Source: a bacterium (lineage in GTDB: Bacteria > Patescibacteriota > Patescibacteriia > UBA9934). From it: a stretch of 59,038 nt of DNA. Position 1 is the stretch's first letter; every line of letters starts with the position of its first letter. A program made the position numbers and the translations under genes. Positions 18,011 through 28,584 of the stretch are shown here, in pieces. The notes under the pieces were generated by a model. It saw only the letters and a program-made list of their open reading frames with translations, had not been told where the DNA came from and did no database searches. The DNA lies in contig JAQCKO010000006.1 in the NCBI GenBank assembly GCA_027592325.1, positions 1-59,038 on the forward strand, in the 5' to 3' direction.

Positions 18011-19996
18011 TTAAAATTCCACCAAAAAGCGCTCATCCCCCTTCATTACCCCCTCGTAATCAAATCGATTATCGCCAAACTGTTCCGGATCTTCGCCCGG
18101 TAGCGCATATGACACGTTTTTATCAAATTGAAGCTGAAGCGTCAACGCATCTTCACCGCTCCCTATTTGCCGTGGCATATTCAGCCGATACAGGTTGTTT
18201 GTATCGATGTCATCTGGAAGATAGTACGAAAATGTGAGCGTACCATCCCCATTTGGTTCGATAGCGGTAAACGCGCCAAGCGACATAATGCCGCTTTCTA
18301 ATGGCTCAATCACAATTTCGTCGGGTGCAGCTTCAGGATTGAGGAGTCGATCATTCCGTAGCGAACCGTCATGCGATATATACTCACTCCCTTCAGGAAT
18401 AAAAACACGTGTAAATGTTCGATAGCGCGTTGTAACAAGGTCAAAATTTCCACGATGCGCATAGTGCACTGTCACGTCGGCACGCATGCGACCGTTCTCT
18501 TCCGTTACTGTATATATGACGTCTCGCTGTATATGTCGATTTGTTTTGAGCGCACCAAGATTGGCGTCAACAACCATAAGAAAATCCTCCGCCTCTTTCC
18601 GTTCATATGTCCCTGCCCATTCGCTGTCAAGAAATACTTGCTGAGTGTGATCGTTTGTTGAGTATAATGCAACTTGTTTTTGCGAAATCGCTTCCGTCAT
18701 AATCTCAAATAGCTCTGGATACTGAGAAAGCTCTAAGCTGAGGAGTCGCTCGATGACTTTCACTGAAAGCTCCTCAACAACGAGCTTTCTTTGCTCAACG
18801 GACAGTTCTTCGATTTTAAATCCGAACTGAACCGTGTATTCTAAGAGTTCACTCAAATTATCTGAAGTATATGTATCGCCGCCTGCTTCTATCGGGCCAA
18901 TAAATTCAAGTAGTTTTGCGGCAAAATCCGTCGTCATGGCAAAGACATGCGGAACAGGATCTATCGTTTGACCGCCATGCGATCGTTCCTGACGGTAAAG
19001 CGTACGCGCAAATTCTGCACTTTCTGCAAAATCAGGCGACCAATTTGCATCACGAAAATACCATTTGTCTACGCCTAAATATTCCGTTATTGGTGCGGGC
19101 GGCGACAGTTGATACCCATCATCACCCGCAACCAGATTATCAACTTCATAGGTATCATTTGCTTCAAAATGCACAATAGCACCTGCACTCGTTTCGAGTA
19201 ACGCATACATTCCAATAAATCCTCCGCCAGGACGAAGTTCATTATCATTCATGAATAGCACCATCCATTGTTCATTCGCATCAATACCCGTAATCGCAGG
19301 AAGAGCGTGCACAAGTGGTCGTATTTTCGTTGCAATTGTCGATAATCGTTCACTCTCACGCGTCAGCATCGCAAAATCATCCTGAAAGCGAGGAAAAACG
19401 CTCAACATTGAAATTCGCTGAATCGTCTGAGACAGCTGCGCGAGATGCAAGAGCGCAAGATCGTATTCATCACGCGCAGTAGAAATCGCACGCAGAATCT
19501 CACGACGATGACCATCAGAAAGGGAGAAAAATCCTGCATCTTCCGGAAGTCCATCAAGTCCATCTTCATACGTTTCTTGTACCTGCAGTGCAAGTGGCAA
19601 GGCAAAATTCGCAATGGACTGCATATCTTCTATTGCATCAATAGCAAGATCGGCGAATTCAACGTAGTCGCCTAGTACCGGAACCCATTTTGACCAAAAA
19701 ACAAGTGTGATTCCGGTTTGAACCGAACGAAGTGAAGGAATCAGTTCATCGAGGATAGAAAGATCCGTATCTAAAGTGAGTATTTCGCCCTCCGTAATTG
19801 TACGAATAGGTGCAAGCCCAACCACCCCTCGAAGAATGTATGCAGCCGCAATAAGATGGTAAACGCAAAAAATGGCAACAAAGACGAATAGAAGCCTTGT
19901 CCCCCACTTTGGCTTTTTTTGAAAAGATTTTCTATCTAAGTGATTGTTCAATGCGGTTTGCATGGGCAAATTGTCTACGCGGATTTGGTTCTCCAC
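18011..19996 (-). CDS. DUF4012-like membrane-anchored protein (start uncertain)
   Basis: ELRPGGGFIG, WYFRDANWSPDFAESA, VDANLGALK pattern typical of this family. Confidence 0.7.
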   Translation of the reverse strand: MENQIRVDNLPMQTALNNHLDRKSFQKKPKWGTRLLFVFVAIFCVYHLIAAAYILRGVVGLAPIRTITEGEILTLDTDLSILDELIPSLRSVQTGITLVFWSKWVPVLGDYVEFADLAIDAIEDMQSIANFALPLALQVQETYEDGLDGLPEDAGFFSLSDGHRREILRAISTARDEYDLALLHLAQLSQTIQRISMLSVFPRFQDDFAMLTRESERLSTIATKIRPLVHALPAITGIDANEQWMVLFMNDNELRPGGGFIGMYALLETSAGAIVHFEANDTYEVDNLVAGDDGYQLSPPAPITEYLGVDKWYFRDANWSPDFAESAEFARTLYRQERSHGGQTIDPVPHVFAMTTDFAAKLLEFIGPIEAGGDTYTSDNLSELLEYTVQFGFKIEELSVEQRKLVVEELSVKVIERLLSLELSQYPELFEIMTEAISQKQVALYSTNDHTQQVFLDSEWAGTYERKEAEDFLMVVDANLGALKTNRHIQRDVIYTVTEENGRMRADVTVHYAHRGNFDLVTTRYRTFTRVFIPEGSEYISHDGSLRNDRLLNPEAAPDEIVIEPLESGIMSLGAFTAIEPNGDGTLTFSYYLPDDIDTNNLYRLNMPRQIGSGEDALTLQLQFDKNVSYALPGEDPEQFGDNRFDYEGVMKGDERFLVEF

Positions 19997-20780
19997 GATA
20001 TTTGAGGTGATATTTTAGCGCACTATGGATTTGAATCCATGTCATTTTATTGCGAATTTGGCGCCAAAAACCACCATCCGCCGTCGCGCGACGATGGTAG
20101 TGTATCATGGTTGATTCGGGATAATACATAACTGCCTTTCCAGATAACCAGGTACGACGACAAAGGTCATTATCTTCGTAATACAAGAAAAAGCGTTCAT
20201 CAAATCCTTTTAGTTCTGCAAGCAGTTCCGCACGCGCAAAAAGCGCTGCACCTATGAGTGAATCGACAGGCATCTCTTCGTCGTGACTCATTTCCGTCAT
20301 TAAATAATCATCAACGGTTTTCTTTGCAAACGAAAGTCTGCCAAGCGGCGTTCTCCGGTAGACAGGAATAAGCAAATTCGGCTGCCTATAACAGGAATAC
20401 TGAAGTGTGCCGTCTGGATTCATCAATTTTGGCCCACAGATACCTACTTCAGGGTGTGCTTCCATATACTCCACCATTGCTTCGAGTGAACCTGGCTGCA
20501 CAATGATATCTGGGTTAAAGACGAGGATATAACGACCATTTGCCTTTTCGATGCCTTTATTCATTCCCCCACCAAAACCCAGATTACGCTCTTGTGGCAA
20601 ATAAATCAGCCCATCATATGGCGTTAATACATCCATCAGACCATCAGTCGGATTATTATCAATCAGAATGATCTCGTACGAGATTTTTGGTGCTGCCCTG
20701 CGAATTGATCGGATCGTCTGGCGAATCTGATGCTTTTCAAAGGTATGAACAATAAGAATAGAAACATCAACGGTCGACAT
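19932..20780 (-). CDS. Glycosyltransferase family 2 (rhamnosyltransferase-like)
   Basis: NLGFGGGMN, VFNPDI, FDERFFLYYEDNDLC. Confidence 0.92.
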   Translation of the reverse strand: MSTVDVSILIVHTFEKHQIRQTIRSIRRAAPKISYEIILIDNNPTDGLMDVLTPYDGLIYLPQERNLGFGGGMNKGIEKANGRYILVFNPDIIVQPGSLEAMVEYMEAHPEVGICGPKLMNPDGTLQYSCYRQPNLLIPVYRRTPLGRLSFAKKTVDDYLMTEMSHDEEMPVDSLIGAALFARAELLAELKGFDERFFLYYEDNDLCRRTWLSGKAVMYYPESTMIHYHRRATADGGFWRQIRNKMTWIQIHSALKYHLKYRGEPNPRRQFAHANRIEQSLR

Positions 20781-21816
20781 ACTTCAAAATTTCTTGCGCA
20801 GTAACGTTGCGCATTTCTAATAGCTTTTTACGCTTTTTCCACATTTTTGGAAAGAGGCCCGGAATTTCGAGCAGACGCTTTCGCGTCATAGATTCAAAAA
20901 TCAACCCATAAAACGTGCGCGGAATCTCGCTAATCAACACAGCGGGAAGAATCTTCAGCGCAAGATCGAAATGAAGATGCTTAATGAGAAGAAGAAGCTG
21001 ATTACGCGTTGAAAGTGCGGCAAAAAATGGACGTTGGCCGCGGCGATTGTTAATGCGTTGTAACCATGTTTGCTTTTCTGCTCCGAACATTCCCCGGTAA
21101 TGCCAAGCACGCGCAGACGGAACAAAAATGGACTTCATCCCAAGCTCGCGCATACGAAGCGCAAGATCACAGTCCTCGCGATACGCAAAAAAATCACCGT
21201 CATAAAATTCTCCCGCTTCCATTAATGCATGAACAGCAGAGAGTCGAATCATCATCATGGTCCCCGTTGGCGCAAAAATATCAATCCTGTCATCGTATTG
21301 CCCGTGATCCTTCTCCCCTGCCCCACGATCTGACATACGAAGACTTTTAGTGGTCCGTATGCCAGTGGTATCGAGAATATCGGATTGCAAAACATCCGTT
21401 GTCCCTTCTTCATCGGTTATTTCGCCAAATGCGCGAAGGAGCTTGGGCTGCGAAGCGACCGCATCTTTATCGTCATCAAGTGCCTTTGCAAGATTGTTCA
21501 CAATATTCTTATCCCAAATCATGTCTGAATTGGCGATTAAGATATACGTTGATTCCTGATCTTCGCCAGTAAGATGATCGAGGGTAAATTTCATCAGCTG
21601 ATTATGACCACCGGCAAATCCTTCATTTTTTGTGTTCCGAGAAACAATATAATGCGGCGCCTTTTCTTGCAGATACTTCACCGTATCGTCCGTGCTGCCA
21701 TTATCGAGCATGCGTATGGTGAGGTCTTCATGCGTTTGCACGTCAATGCTTTTGAGGAGCTTCTCAAGGTAGCGCTCGTCATTCCAAACGAGAATATGCG
21801 TGATGACTTTCGACAT
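20767..21816 (-). CDS. Glycosyltransferase family 2
   Basis: DNGSTD, NEGFAGGHN, ANSD, FFAYREDCDL. Confidence 0.92.
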   Translation of the reverse strand: MSKVITHILVWNDERYLEKLLKSIDVQTHEDLTIRMLDNGSTDDTVKYLQEKAPHYIVSRNTKNEGFAGGHNQLMKFTLDHLTGEDQESTYILIANSDMIWDKNIVNNLAKALDDDKDAVASQPKLLRAFGEITDEEGTTDVLQSDILDTTGIRTTKSLRMSDRGAGEKDHGQYDDRIDIFAPTGTMMMIRLSAVHALMEAGEFYDGDFFAYREDCDLALRMRELGMKSIFVPSARAWHYRGMFGAEKQTWLQRINNRRGQRPFFAALSTRNQLLLLIKHLHFDLALKILPAVLISEIPRTFYGLIFESMTRKRLLEIPGLFPKMWKKRKKLLEMRNVTAQEILKYVDR

Positions 21817-21882
21817 AATGTCTGCATGGTAGGGGATAAGTTAGCGATTAGCAAGTAGTGATTAGCTCGAAGTCCACATCTC

Positions 21883-21975
21883 GTCATTCCTGCGAAGTCA
21901 GGAATCCATCGAATCGAAACCAGAGAATGCTGAATCCTTGCTTTTCTGCCCGTCGGCAGGCTGGCGCAGGGTGAC
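21883..21975. repeat. REP-like element with nested CTGCCCGTCGGCAG hairpin
   Basis: GTCATTCCTGCGAAGTCAGGAATCC ... CAGGGTGAC. Confidence 0.65.
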
Positions 21976-22159
21976 GCGCAACGATCACCAATGCACCAGT
22001 GACCCACGGTTCATTGACGAGCTGGACCAAGACATGCTCGATGGCCCTACCTTCACCATCGAATAACCCTGCGCCCGGACAACTGTCCGGGCGCGCTTTC
22101 TGTTCAAAACGAAAACCCCCACGTCATTCCTTGCGAAATTTCGTAGGGGCAGAGCGACG

Positions 22160-22591
22160 CTAGCGGCGGACGGTCGTGACGCGCCTTGTCGTCGTTCGCG
22201 CCGCAGGACCACGAACATCTGGGCATGGATGCTGAGCGTTCAACAGCGGAGGCGGCGAGACGACGTCAGCATGTCTCGGATGCACCGGAACCAAAAGTAC
22301 AGTCGCAGGCTGCCGCAACCGAGTCTTGGTGGGCCGCGGCGTACGCACGGGAGGAGTCACAATCGGCATCCCCCCGAACGTCACTGAAAGACCATTGCCG
22401 AGCGGTCCGGTCAATGCGACCGACGCAGCGGCCGGCGTCGTGACCGTGGTACAGCGCTGCACGCCACGCGGACCGATCACGCATGCGCGCTCAATCACGC
22501 GCGGTACGAAACCGAGGTCGAAGGCGGCCCTCTGTTGCGCAGCTGCGGTGCCCGAGACCGCAAGTGCAACTAGCAAGACGAAATTCCTCAT
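22160..22591 (-). CDS. GC-rich secreted hypothetical protein, Pro/Thr/Arg-rich tail
   Basis: Signal peptide MRNFVLLVALAVSGTAAA; SD GGAGG at 22596-22600; terminator-like hairpin at about 22110-22148. Confidence 0.55.
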   Translation of the reverse strand: MRNFVLLVALAVSGTAAAQQRAAFDLGFVPRVIERACVIGPRGVQRCTTVTTPAAASVALTGPLGNGLSVTFGGMPIVTPPVRTPRPTKTRLRQPATVLLVPVHPRHADVVSPPPLLNAQHPCPDVRGPAARTTTRRVTTVRR

Positions 22592-22744
22592 GCAACCTCC
22601 AAGTGGTTTGCATGTTTAGCCTAGCGCGATTTGATTCTATTGAAAAGCTATACTGGTTTTATAGAGGGTGATGTATCTCGCTTCTTCAATACTATACGGT
22701 TAATAAGATACGCAAATTCTCGAGCGAAGCGAGAGATCAATACG

Positions 22745-22808
22745 AATAGATCCCTCACATTCGTTCCCGCCTACGCTCTTCGAGCTTCGGACGGGCAGGC
22801 GGGAATGT
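22745..22808. repeat. AGATCCCTCACATTCG-type element with nested hairpin insertion
   Basis: Related to 56187-56215 and 58018-58047; the insert CTCTTCGAGCTTCGGACGGGCAGGC is shared with 45101-45126. Confidence 0.55.
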
Positions 22809-23039
22809 ACGAACAAACTCATTCACGTTTCCAGTCAAAATAGTCGATCTTCCCGACAATTCTGCATTTGTACGCGAAAGCATGTGAATCGCCTCAAGGA
22901 TTTCTGTATTTGTCATTTCTTCCTTCATATTTTTCAAAAATAAAACTCTCCAATCAATGGGAGTTTCATCGCTACCTTCCCTACCTTTTCATGATCTCAG
23001 AGAGCGTCCGTCAATCGAATTTTGCACAAGGAAGACGCT

Positions 23040-23119
23040 GGATTCTCCGGCGAAGCCACGGCAGAGCCGGGCGGCCGGACCAGGCTCCGCCTTGGCTGCC
23101 GCTCGTTCGCAGGAATGAC
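23040..23119. repeat. REP-like right half with nested GC-rich insertion
   Basis: GGATTC ... TTCGCAGGAATGAC. Confidence 0.5.
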
Positions 23120-23139
23120 GAATACTCGCCTCAAATTTA

Positions 23140-23260
23140 GAAGTGCTCAAATTGCCGTAGATGCAGGTGCGCCCGCGAGCACCGAAATGAGCCGTACTAG
23201 ACCGTACGGTGAATGAGGCGCGCAGCTGCAAGCCTGCAGATGCGGTGATTTGAGCACTTC
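23140..23260. repeat. Palindromic MITE-like element, most complete copy
   Basis: 13-bp perfect termini GAAGTGCTCAAAT/ATTTGAGCACTTC extended by imperfect pairing; central CCGTAC/GTACGG. Confidence 0.7.
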
Positions 23261-23261
23261 C

Positions 23262-24740
23262 CTACCGTTTCTTTTTCGTGACATTAAAGCCAAGATACTT
23301 GCCGAGTGCCAGACGAGTCTGCGCATCAATGGCCGGAATGGCTCCGAATATAATAAATGTGATTGGAAGAAGCGCCCATTGAAACATCATCACAATCCAC
23401 TGATACCATTTCACTTTTTTCGGCCTCGGCGGAAGCAGCGAAAGTCCAAGAACACCAGTGACAAAAATTCCTATCGTCGCAATGCGCATCATCCATTCAA
23501 GCGTAAACGGTGAATTTGCGATGATGGCCGCCGTTTCCCCTGATGAAAAGAAGAATGGCAAATATCCAAGTACGAAAATCAACATCGGTGCAGTAGTCCA
23601 TGTATACATCCCCTCAAAATGATTGAAGAGATATCGAGCCTTAATACGCCATGGAAGCTCTTTTTTCTCGCGAAACTTTCCAACCATATACGGCCCATGC
23701 TCCACTCCCCAAGCCCATCTCCGCTTTTGCTTATAGAGCGCTTTCATGGTGTCCCAGAAGCCGTCGCCTTCAACAGCATCCATCGAAACAGGAAGAAAAA
23801 TCGGCGTAACACGATACTCCCCATTGTAATGAAGTAGCCCCTGCAAAAAAATGCGCGAATCTTCACTCACCATATTTTTCTCCCAGTACCCAACATCTAC
23901 GAGCATTTGCCATGGCATTGAATGCGAAGAGAATGTCCACAGTCGTTCAGGACGAACGAGCTCTCCAAAAAGCCAAAATGTTGTACCAAATGATTCTACA
24001 CGCACTGGAACAGACGCATTCCAAATATTATTTGAGAAGAGAATCACCGGCTGATACGAAGATCGGAGCGGATTAGGGGACTCTAAAAAGGTTTTTGTAA
24101 GCAGAGCAAAATACTGTGGATGAGCTGCTGTGTCGATATCAAATGCGGAAACAATAACGTCCTCATACGGCACTTCGTTCTGATCAAGATACGCCTTCAC
24201 CGATGTCGCCATAAACGAGAGATTCGATCCTTTTCCGGGAATCTCGCCTGGCAAATCTTTTGGATGAACAGTAAATTCTAAATGCCCGAATATATCGCCA
24301 AATTCAGTATGGAGCTGTCGCGCATATTTCTCAAAATTTGCTTTATCGCGTTCTTCGCCTCCAACGAATACCAAGAATTTTTCATTCGGATACTTCGCCT
24401 GTTGGAGCGACTTGAGTGCGTCACGCAGCACCGGAAGCGATTCTTTGTACGTCGGAAGCATCATGACATGATAGATCTTCTCCCAATCATCACGTTTTTT
24501 TAGCTTACGAAGCCAATTTACGGAAAGATGATGACGATACTGCTTATACGCCCAAAAAATATGAATGACAAAATACAGGACCCGAAGCGTCCAGTAGAGG
24601 TCGAAAATAATAATGAAAACAACAGCAACAATTGGTTGAAAAAGTGAAAAGAATACAGCTAAAAAAAACGTTGTCCAGAGTAAAATCGCTGAAAACGCCT
24701 CCCAAAATCGATATTTCCCGTATTGGCCGTACATGGTCAT
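23262..24740 (-). CDS. Membrane-bound processive-type GT2 glycosyltransferase
   Basis: GKGSN, FDID, SED, QKRRWAWG (QxxRW-like), several TM helices. Confidence 0.85.
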   Translation of the reverse strand: MTMYGQYGKYRFWEAFSAILLWTTFFLAVFFSLFQPIVAVVFIIIFDLYWTLRVLYFVIHIFWAYKQYRHHLSVNWLRKLKKRDDWEKIYHVMMLPTYKESLPVLRDALKSLQQAKYPNEKFLVFVGGEERDKANFEKYARQLHTEFGDIFGHLEFTVHPKDLPGEIPGKGSNLSFMATSVKAYLDQNEVPYEDVIVSAFDIDTAAHPQYFALLTKTFLESPNPLRSSYQPVILFSNNIWNASVPVRVESFGTTFWLFGELVRPERLWTFSSHSMPWQMLVDVGYWEKNMVSEDSRIFLQGLLHYNGEYRVTPIFLPVSMDAVEGDGFWDTMKALYKQKRRWAWGVEHGPYMVGKFREKKELPWRIKARYLFNHFEGMYTWTTAPMLIFVLGYLPFFFSSGETAAIIANSPFTLEWMMRIATIGIFVTGVLGLSLLPPRPKKVKWYQWIVMMFQWALLPITFIIFGAIPAIDAQTRLALGKYLGFNVTKKKR

Positions 24741-24779
24741 AACGGGCGGATATTAGCAAATTTGCACCATAATCGCAAG

Positions 24780-25694
24780 CTAAACACGCAAATACCGACG
24801 CATAGCAACAGCCGTCGTCAGAAGGCTCAGCATGCTCGCAAGAAGCAGCTGTGTTCCAAAAATTGGTACAGCGTTTTGCATGAAATAGGTCCCAACGTTC
24901 ACATCTATCCCTGAAAAATAACGTGCCATCCACGGATCAAGCACGTTAAACGCGAGCGTAAGTAGCCCGATAACAATTCCTAGCGCCAGCACACTATAAA
25001 GCACCGCCTCGAGCAAAAACGGGCCTCGCACAAACCAGTCATTCGCTCCAACAAGCTTCATAATCCCAATCTCATCGCGATGCACATAAATCGCAACGCG
25101 AATGGTATTGAAAATAATCAAAATCGCAACGAGCGTGAAGAATCCAGCCAAAATGTATCCTCCAACACGTACACGATCATTGAGCGTTTTTATATTATCT
25201 ATGACCTGTTCGTAATTTGTAAAATCTTTCTCCTCAATAAATGGAGCGTATTCAGGTGTTTCTATTGCTTCTAAAAGAAATGGAAAATTTTCAGGAGATT
25301 CAGCTGAAATGACAAGGGAATGTCCGAAGGGGTTATTCCCAACCTCATCAAGCGAAGACAAAATGACATCATCGCCAGCATGACGTTCTATAAATGTTTC
25401 AAGCGCGCTTTCAGCAGAAACAAATCGCACATCGCGTACCTGCGCAAAACCAAGCAAATATCCTTGGGCGCTTTTGACAAGTGTGTCTGATGCATCAGAG
25501 GTAAAATACACTGCCACCTCAACCCGATCTTCAATCGACTCAAGTGCCCGATCAGCAACATAATTCATGAAAATCATTGCATTCACAATGATGAGCGTCA
25601 GAACGAAAATGGTTACCGTCACAAATGATAACCAAAAGTTTCGGAAAAAGTTCTGAAAGGTAAATTTAAGCAATCGGTAAAATGTACGCAACAT
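24780..25694 (-). CDS. ftsX: Cell division permease FtsX
   Basis: Four TM helices, RDEIGIMKLVGA...FVRGPFLLE; follows ftsE. Confidence 0.93.
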   Translation of the reverse strand: MLRTFYRLLKFTFQNFFRNFWLSFVTVTIFVLTLIIVNAMIFMNYVADRALESIEDRVEVAVYFTSDASDTLVKSAQGYLLGFAQVRDVRFVSAESALETFIERHAGDDVILSSLDEVGNNPFGHSLVISAESPENFPFLLEAIETPEYAPFIEEKDFTNYEQVIDNIKTLNDRVRVGGYILAGFFTLVAILIIFNTIRVAIYVHRDEIGIMKLVGANDWFVRGPFLLEAVLYSVLALGIVIGLLTLAFNVLDPWMARYFSGIDVNVGTYFMQNAVPIFGTQLLLASMLSLLTTAVAMRRYLRV

Positions 25695-25696
25695 AT

Positions 25697-26380
25697 CTAG
25701 GAAAGTACATATTTACCACGTGCGACATCTGAGGCGATTTCACCATTTTGCAACGTTACCACGCGTTTTTTGAGCCCATTCACAATATCACGATCATGTG
25801 TGACCAAAACGACGGTAGTCCCAAATTCGTTGATTTTTTTTAACAGATGGATAATTTCTTGCGCATGAATGGCATCGAGATTTCCGGTTGGCTCGTCAGC
25901 GATAATAAGTTTAGGTCGATGCACAAGTGAACGCGCAATGCTCACGCGCTGCTGCTCCCCGCCTGAAAGCTGACGTGGATACCGATTCGCTTTTTCTTCA
26001 AGTCCAACAATCTTGAGCACATGACCAACAATTTCTTTCATCCGCGCACTGTGCTCACCTGCAACTTCAAGTGCAAAAGCAATATTTTCTGCCGCAGTCT
26101 TTCTTGGGAGCAATTTAAAATCTTGAAAGACAACCCCAATTTGACGCCGAAGCGTTGGGACATCAGCCTGTTTAATTTTACTAATATCCCATTCACCAAT
26201 CACAACCTCTCCTTTTGTCGGACGTTCTTCTGCAAAAAGCATTTTCGCAAGCGTTGATTTTCCACTTCCACTTTGACCAACAATTGAAACAAACTCCCCC
26301 GGCTTCACATTTAGCGAGATATTCTGAAGCGCCTTTATATTAGGCTGGTATGTTTTACTTACACCCTTGAGGTGGATCAT
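25697..26380 (-). CDS. ftsE: Cell division ATP-binding protein FtsE
   Basis: [36 protein letters not shown]. Confidence 0.95.
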   Translation of the reverse strand: MIHLKGVSKTYQPNIKALQNISLNVKPGEFVSIVGQSGSGKSTLAKMLFAEERPTKGEVVIGEWDISKIKQADVPTLRRQIGVVFQDFKLLPRKTAAENIAFALEVAGEHSARMKEIVGHVLKIVGLEEKANRYPRQLSGGEQQRVSIARSLVHRPKLIIADEPTGNLDAIHAQEIIHLLKKINEFGTTVVLVTHDRDIVNGLKKRVVTLQNGEIASDVARGKYVLS

Positions 26381-26419
26381 GCATGCATTATATCATCTAT
26401 TGTCGCTTCATTGTAAGTG

Positions 26420-26448
26420 TAGACAAAACGGTGACTTCACAGTAAGAT
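26420..26448 (+). promoter_or_regulatory. Sigma70-type promoter
   Basis: TAGACA-17-TAAGAT. Confidence 0.5.
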
Positions 26449-26476
26449 CTCCCTGAATCTCACACTCGGAGTAGAC

Positions 26477-26650
26477 GTGACGATCGACCTATCAGAGTTT
26501 CTTCACATTGCGACGGGGATCACTATTGCGGTCCCAATGTTCATCGCAGGGTTTTGGGGATCAATGCACCCGATCATGTGGTGCATCATTGCTCCAATTC
26601 CTGTTAGCCTAATTGCCTACGCACTCAGCGCTCTAATCGCTGGTAAGTAG
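26477..26650 (+). CDS. 57-aa two-TM small membrane protein
   Basis: GGAG SD, GTG start, MTIDLSEFLHIATGITIAVPMFIAGFWGSMHPIMWCIIAPIPVSLIAYALSALIAGK; hairpin ACGCACCC/GGGTGCGT at 26656-26677. Missed by the ORF track. Confidence 0.65.
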   Translation: MTIDLSEFLHIATGITIAVPMFIAGFWGSMHPIMWCIIAPIPVSLIAYALSALIAGK

Positions 26651-26920
26651 GCCTCACGCACCCTCGCATGGGTGCGTTCGCGTTTTAAGCGAATAATTTT
26701 CCCATGGCCTGAGAATGACCTTCATGTGCACTCCATCTGATCAGCCATTCTTACTTTATTCTTATCAAAAATGAGCGCCCTCAACCAATAATTCAACGTG
26801 TTAGTATTCCCCACAAACGGTTAAGGCTTTACCCACCTCTACAATCGAGCTCCCGGACTACCCATTCCTTGCTAAATTCAATATAATTTGCTAATATTGC
26901 TGACTGAAGGGGGAGTTTTC

Positions 26921-27097
26921 ATGAATCGATTCGACCAATTCATCGTCGCTACCATGATTCTGGTGGCAGTCGTTTGTAGCGGATTCATCATCTTCGGAGA
27001 TTTCAACGCAAAGAATATGACATCCTATATCATATTCTGCTTCAGCGGGGCCAGCTCGATTGGCCTCGCGAGCATCATTGTACTCTCGCCGCGGTAG
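26921..27097 (+). CDS. 58-aa two-TM small membrane protein
   Basis: GGGGGAG SD, ATG 26921, two hydrophobic segments; hairpin ACGCGCCCC/GGGGCGCGT downstream. Confidence 0.65.
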   Translation: MNRFDQFIVATMILVAVVCSGFIIFGDFNAKNMTSYIIFCFSGASSIGLASIIVLSPR

Positions 27098-27198
27098 AAG
27101 GAGCCGCGTCCGCAGCCGAGCTTCGCCTCACGCGCCCCGACATTCAGGGGCGCGTTTGCATTTATGAAAAAGAAAACCGACCAAATGGTCGAATTCCA

Positions 27199-27274
27199 TG
27201 GAGCCACCGAGCGGATTTGAACCGCTGACCTCTACTTTACGAAAGTATTGCTCTACCAACTGAGCTACGGTGGC
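27199..27274 (-). tRNA. tRNA-Thr(CGU)
   Basis: 76-nt cloverleaf, anticodon CGT, TTCAAAT T-loop, encoded CCA. Confidence 0.97.
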
Positions 27275-27437
27275 TTGCTTGTTCATTTCTTCTCATATCT
27301 ACTTGGGAATGCGTCATTGTCTATACAGACTTTTGCGGCGAAATTGTAGCAATTATGAAATGTATCGTCAATCATGAACGCGTACTAACGAGAAACCAGC
27401 GATTCAACGTTCCAATAAGCAAGGCGTTCTAACAATG

Positions 27438-28220
27438 TTAGCGTCTACTTTCCACCAAGATGTTCACCTCCTTCCCATCTATCACTTCCTGAATCCCATT
27501 TTTCTTTTTTGTGACAATATACAGCCCAACCTGATCTTTCTCGGCTCCGTCGTAAATCACATCGTAAACCTCGACAAAAGCAAAATCATTTTCGCGTTCA
27601 ACAATGGAGGATACGTCTCCGAATTCAAGGGCAAACCAATCTGATTCTGAACCTGATAATTCTGATCGCGTGAAATAGCCAATATTCCCCGCATGAGCCG
27701 AGGATGGATCGTCTGATTTTTGACTCGCAATGAGAGCAATAGACTCTCCATTAGCCACACGTTCGTAAAGTGCTTCAATTTGCAAACGCGGACCCTCATG
27801 TGCAGATTGGTCATCATGTATATTTACTTCAAGCTCTGAAAGGCAAACAGAAAAATCATCACTGTAAAAATCATCCTGTTGTAATTTCAAAAAATCATCA
27901 CAAACAGCACGCAGCGAATACTGTTCACGCATCTGATTCAATGCCGTCATGCGAACCGTATAGTCAATCTGCTCTGGAAGCGCATACTCTCCCAATGCGT
28001 GAAGCAGTCGATTTGCACGCCCAAGATCGCGCAATGTCACAAATTCGCTATCAACCTCTGCAATGCGGATTGGTAGCATGAATCCACTTAGCTTTGTCAG
28101 AAACGTAATGCGTCCTTGTGACAATAAATGATAGCGACCAAGCCCAATGAGAACGCAAAAAAACACGAACCCAAAAAAAAGGATCATCGACCAATTATCT
28201 TTTCTTACAACTTGAAACAC
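27438..28220 (-). CDS. Parvulin/PpiC-type peptidyl-prolyl isomerase domain protein (start uncertain)
   Basis: IASQKSDDPSSAHAGNIGYF; N-terminal TM helix. Confidence 0.75.
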   Translation of the reverse strand: MFQVVRKDNWSMILFFGFVFFCVLIGLGRYHLLSQGRITFLTKLSGFMLPIRIAEVDSEFVTLRDLGRANRLLHALGEYALPEQIDYTVRMTALNQMREQYSLRAVCDDFLKLQQDDFYSDDFSVCLSELEVNIHDDQSAHEGPRLQIEALYERVANGESIALIASQKSDDPSSAHAGNIGYFTRSELSGSESDWFALEFGDVSSIVERENDFAFVEVYDVIYDGAEKDQVGLYIVTKKKNGIQEVIDGKEVNILVESRR

Positions 28221-28221
28221 A

Positions 28222-28584
28222 TTATTCACCAAAAAAATAGAAGAACCATTTTTCCGGATTAGAACGCTCCCGTAATGGTTCAATCGGAGTCGCTTCTGGT
28301 TCTGTTTCGGCAAAGACAATCACATCTTCTCCAGGTGCGGCAAGTCCATACTCTGTTCTTGCTTCGGTCTCTAAAAAATACTCACTTGAGAGCTGCTCTA
28401 TTAGTTCAAATGAAGCAAGTCGATCTTGTTCGAGTGCTTCCCTTCTTAGTTCATAGGCGCGAATTTCGCGATCAAGTGCTCGGTTTCCTAAATACTCACG
28501 GGAGAATGCGAAAAAAACCAGGCAAAATACAACGATATTTGCGACGAATATCAATTTAATGTTCTTTCCGGAGGATTTTGACAT
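28222..28584 (-). CDS. Septum formation initiator (FtsB/DivIC-like)
   Basis: TM helix, coiled coil, EARTEYGLAAPGE. Confidence 0.8.
   Translation of the reverse strand: MSKSSGKNIKLIFVANIVVFCLVFFAFSREYLGNRALDREIRAYELRREALEQDRLASFELIEQLSSEYFLETEARTEYGLAAPGEDVIVFAETEPEATPIEPLRERSNPEKWFFYFFGE

Noticed and set aside
22755-22937. 60-aa ORF MKNMKEEMTNTEILEAIH...
   Set aside because: The N-terminus looks plausible, but the C-terminus runs into a nested repeat; at best a decayed fragment that I cannot support.
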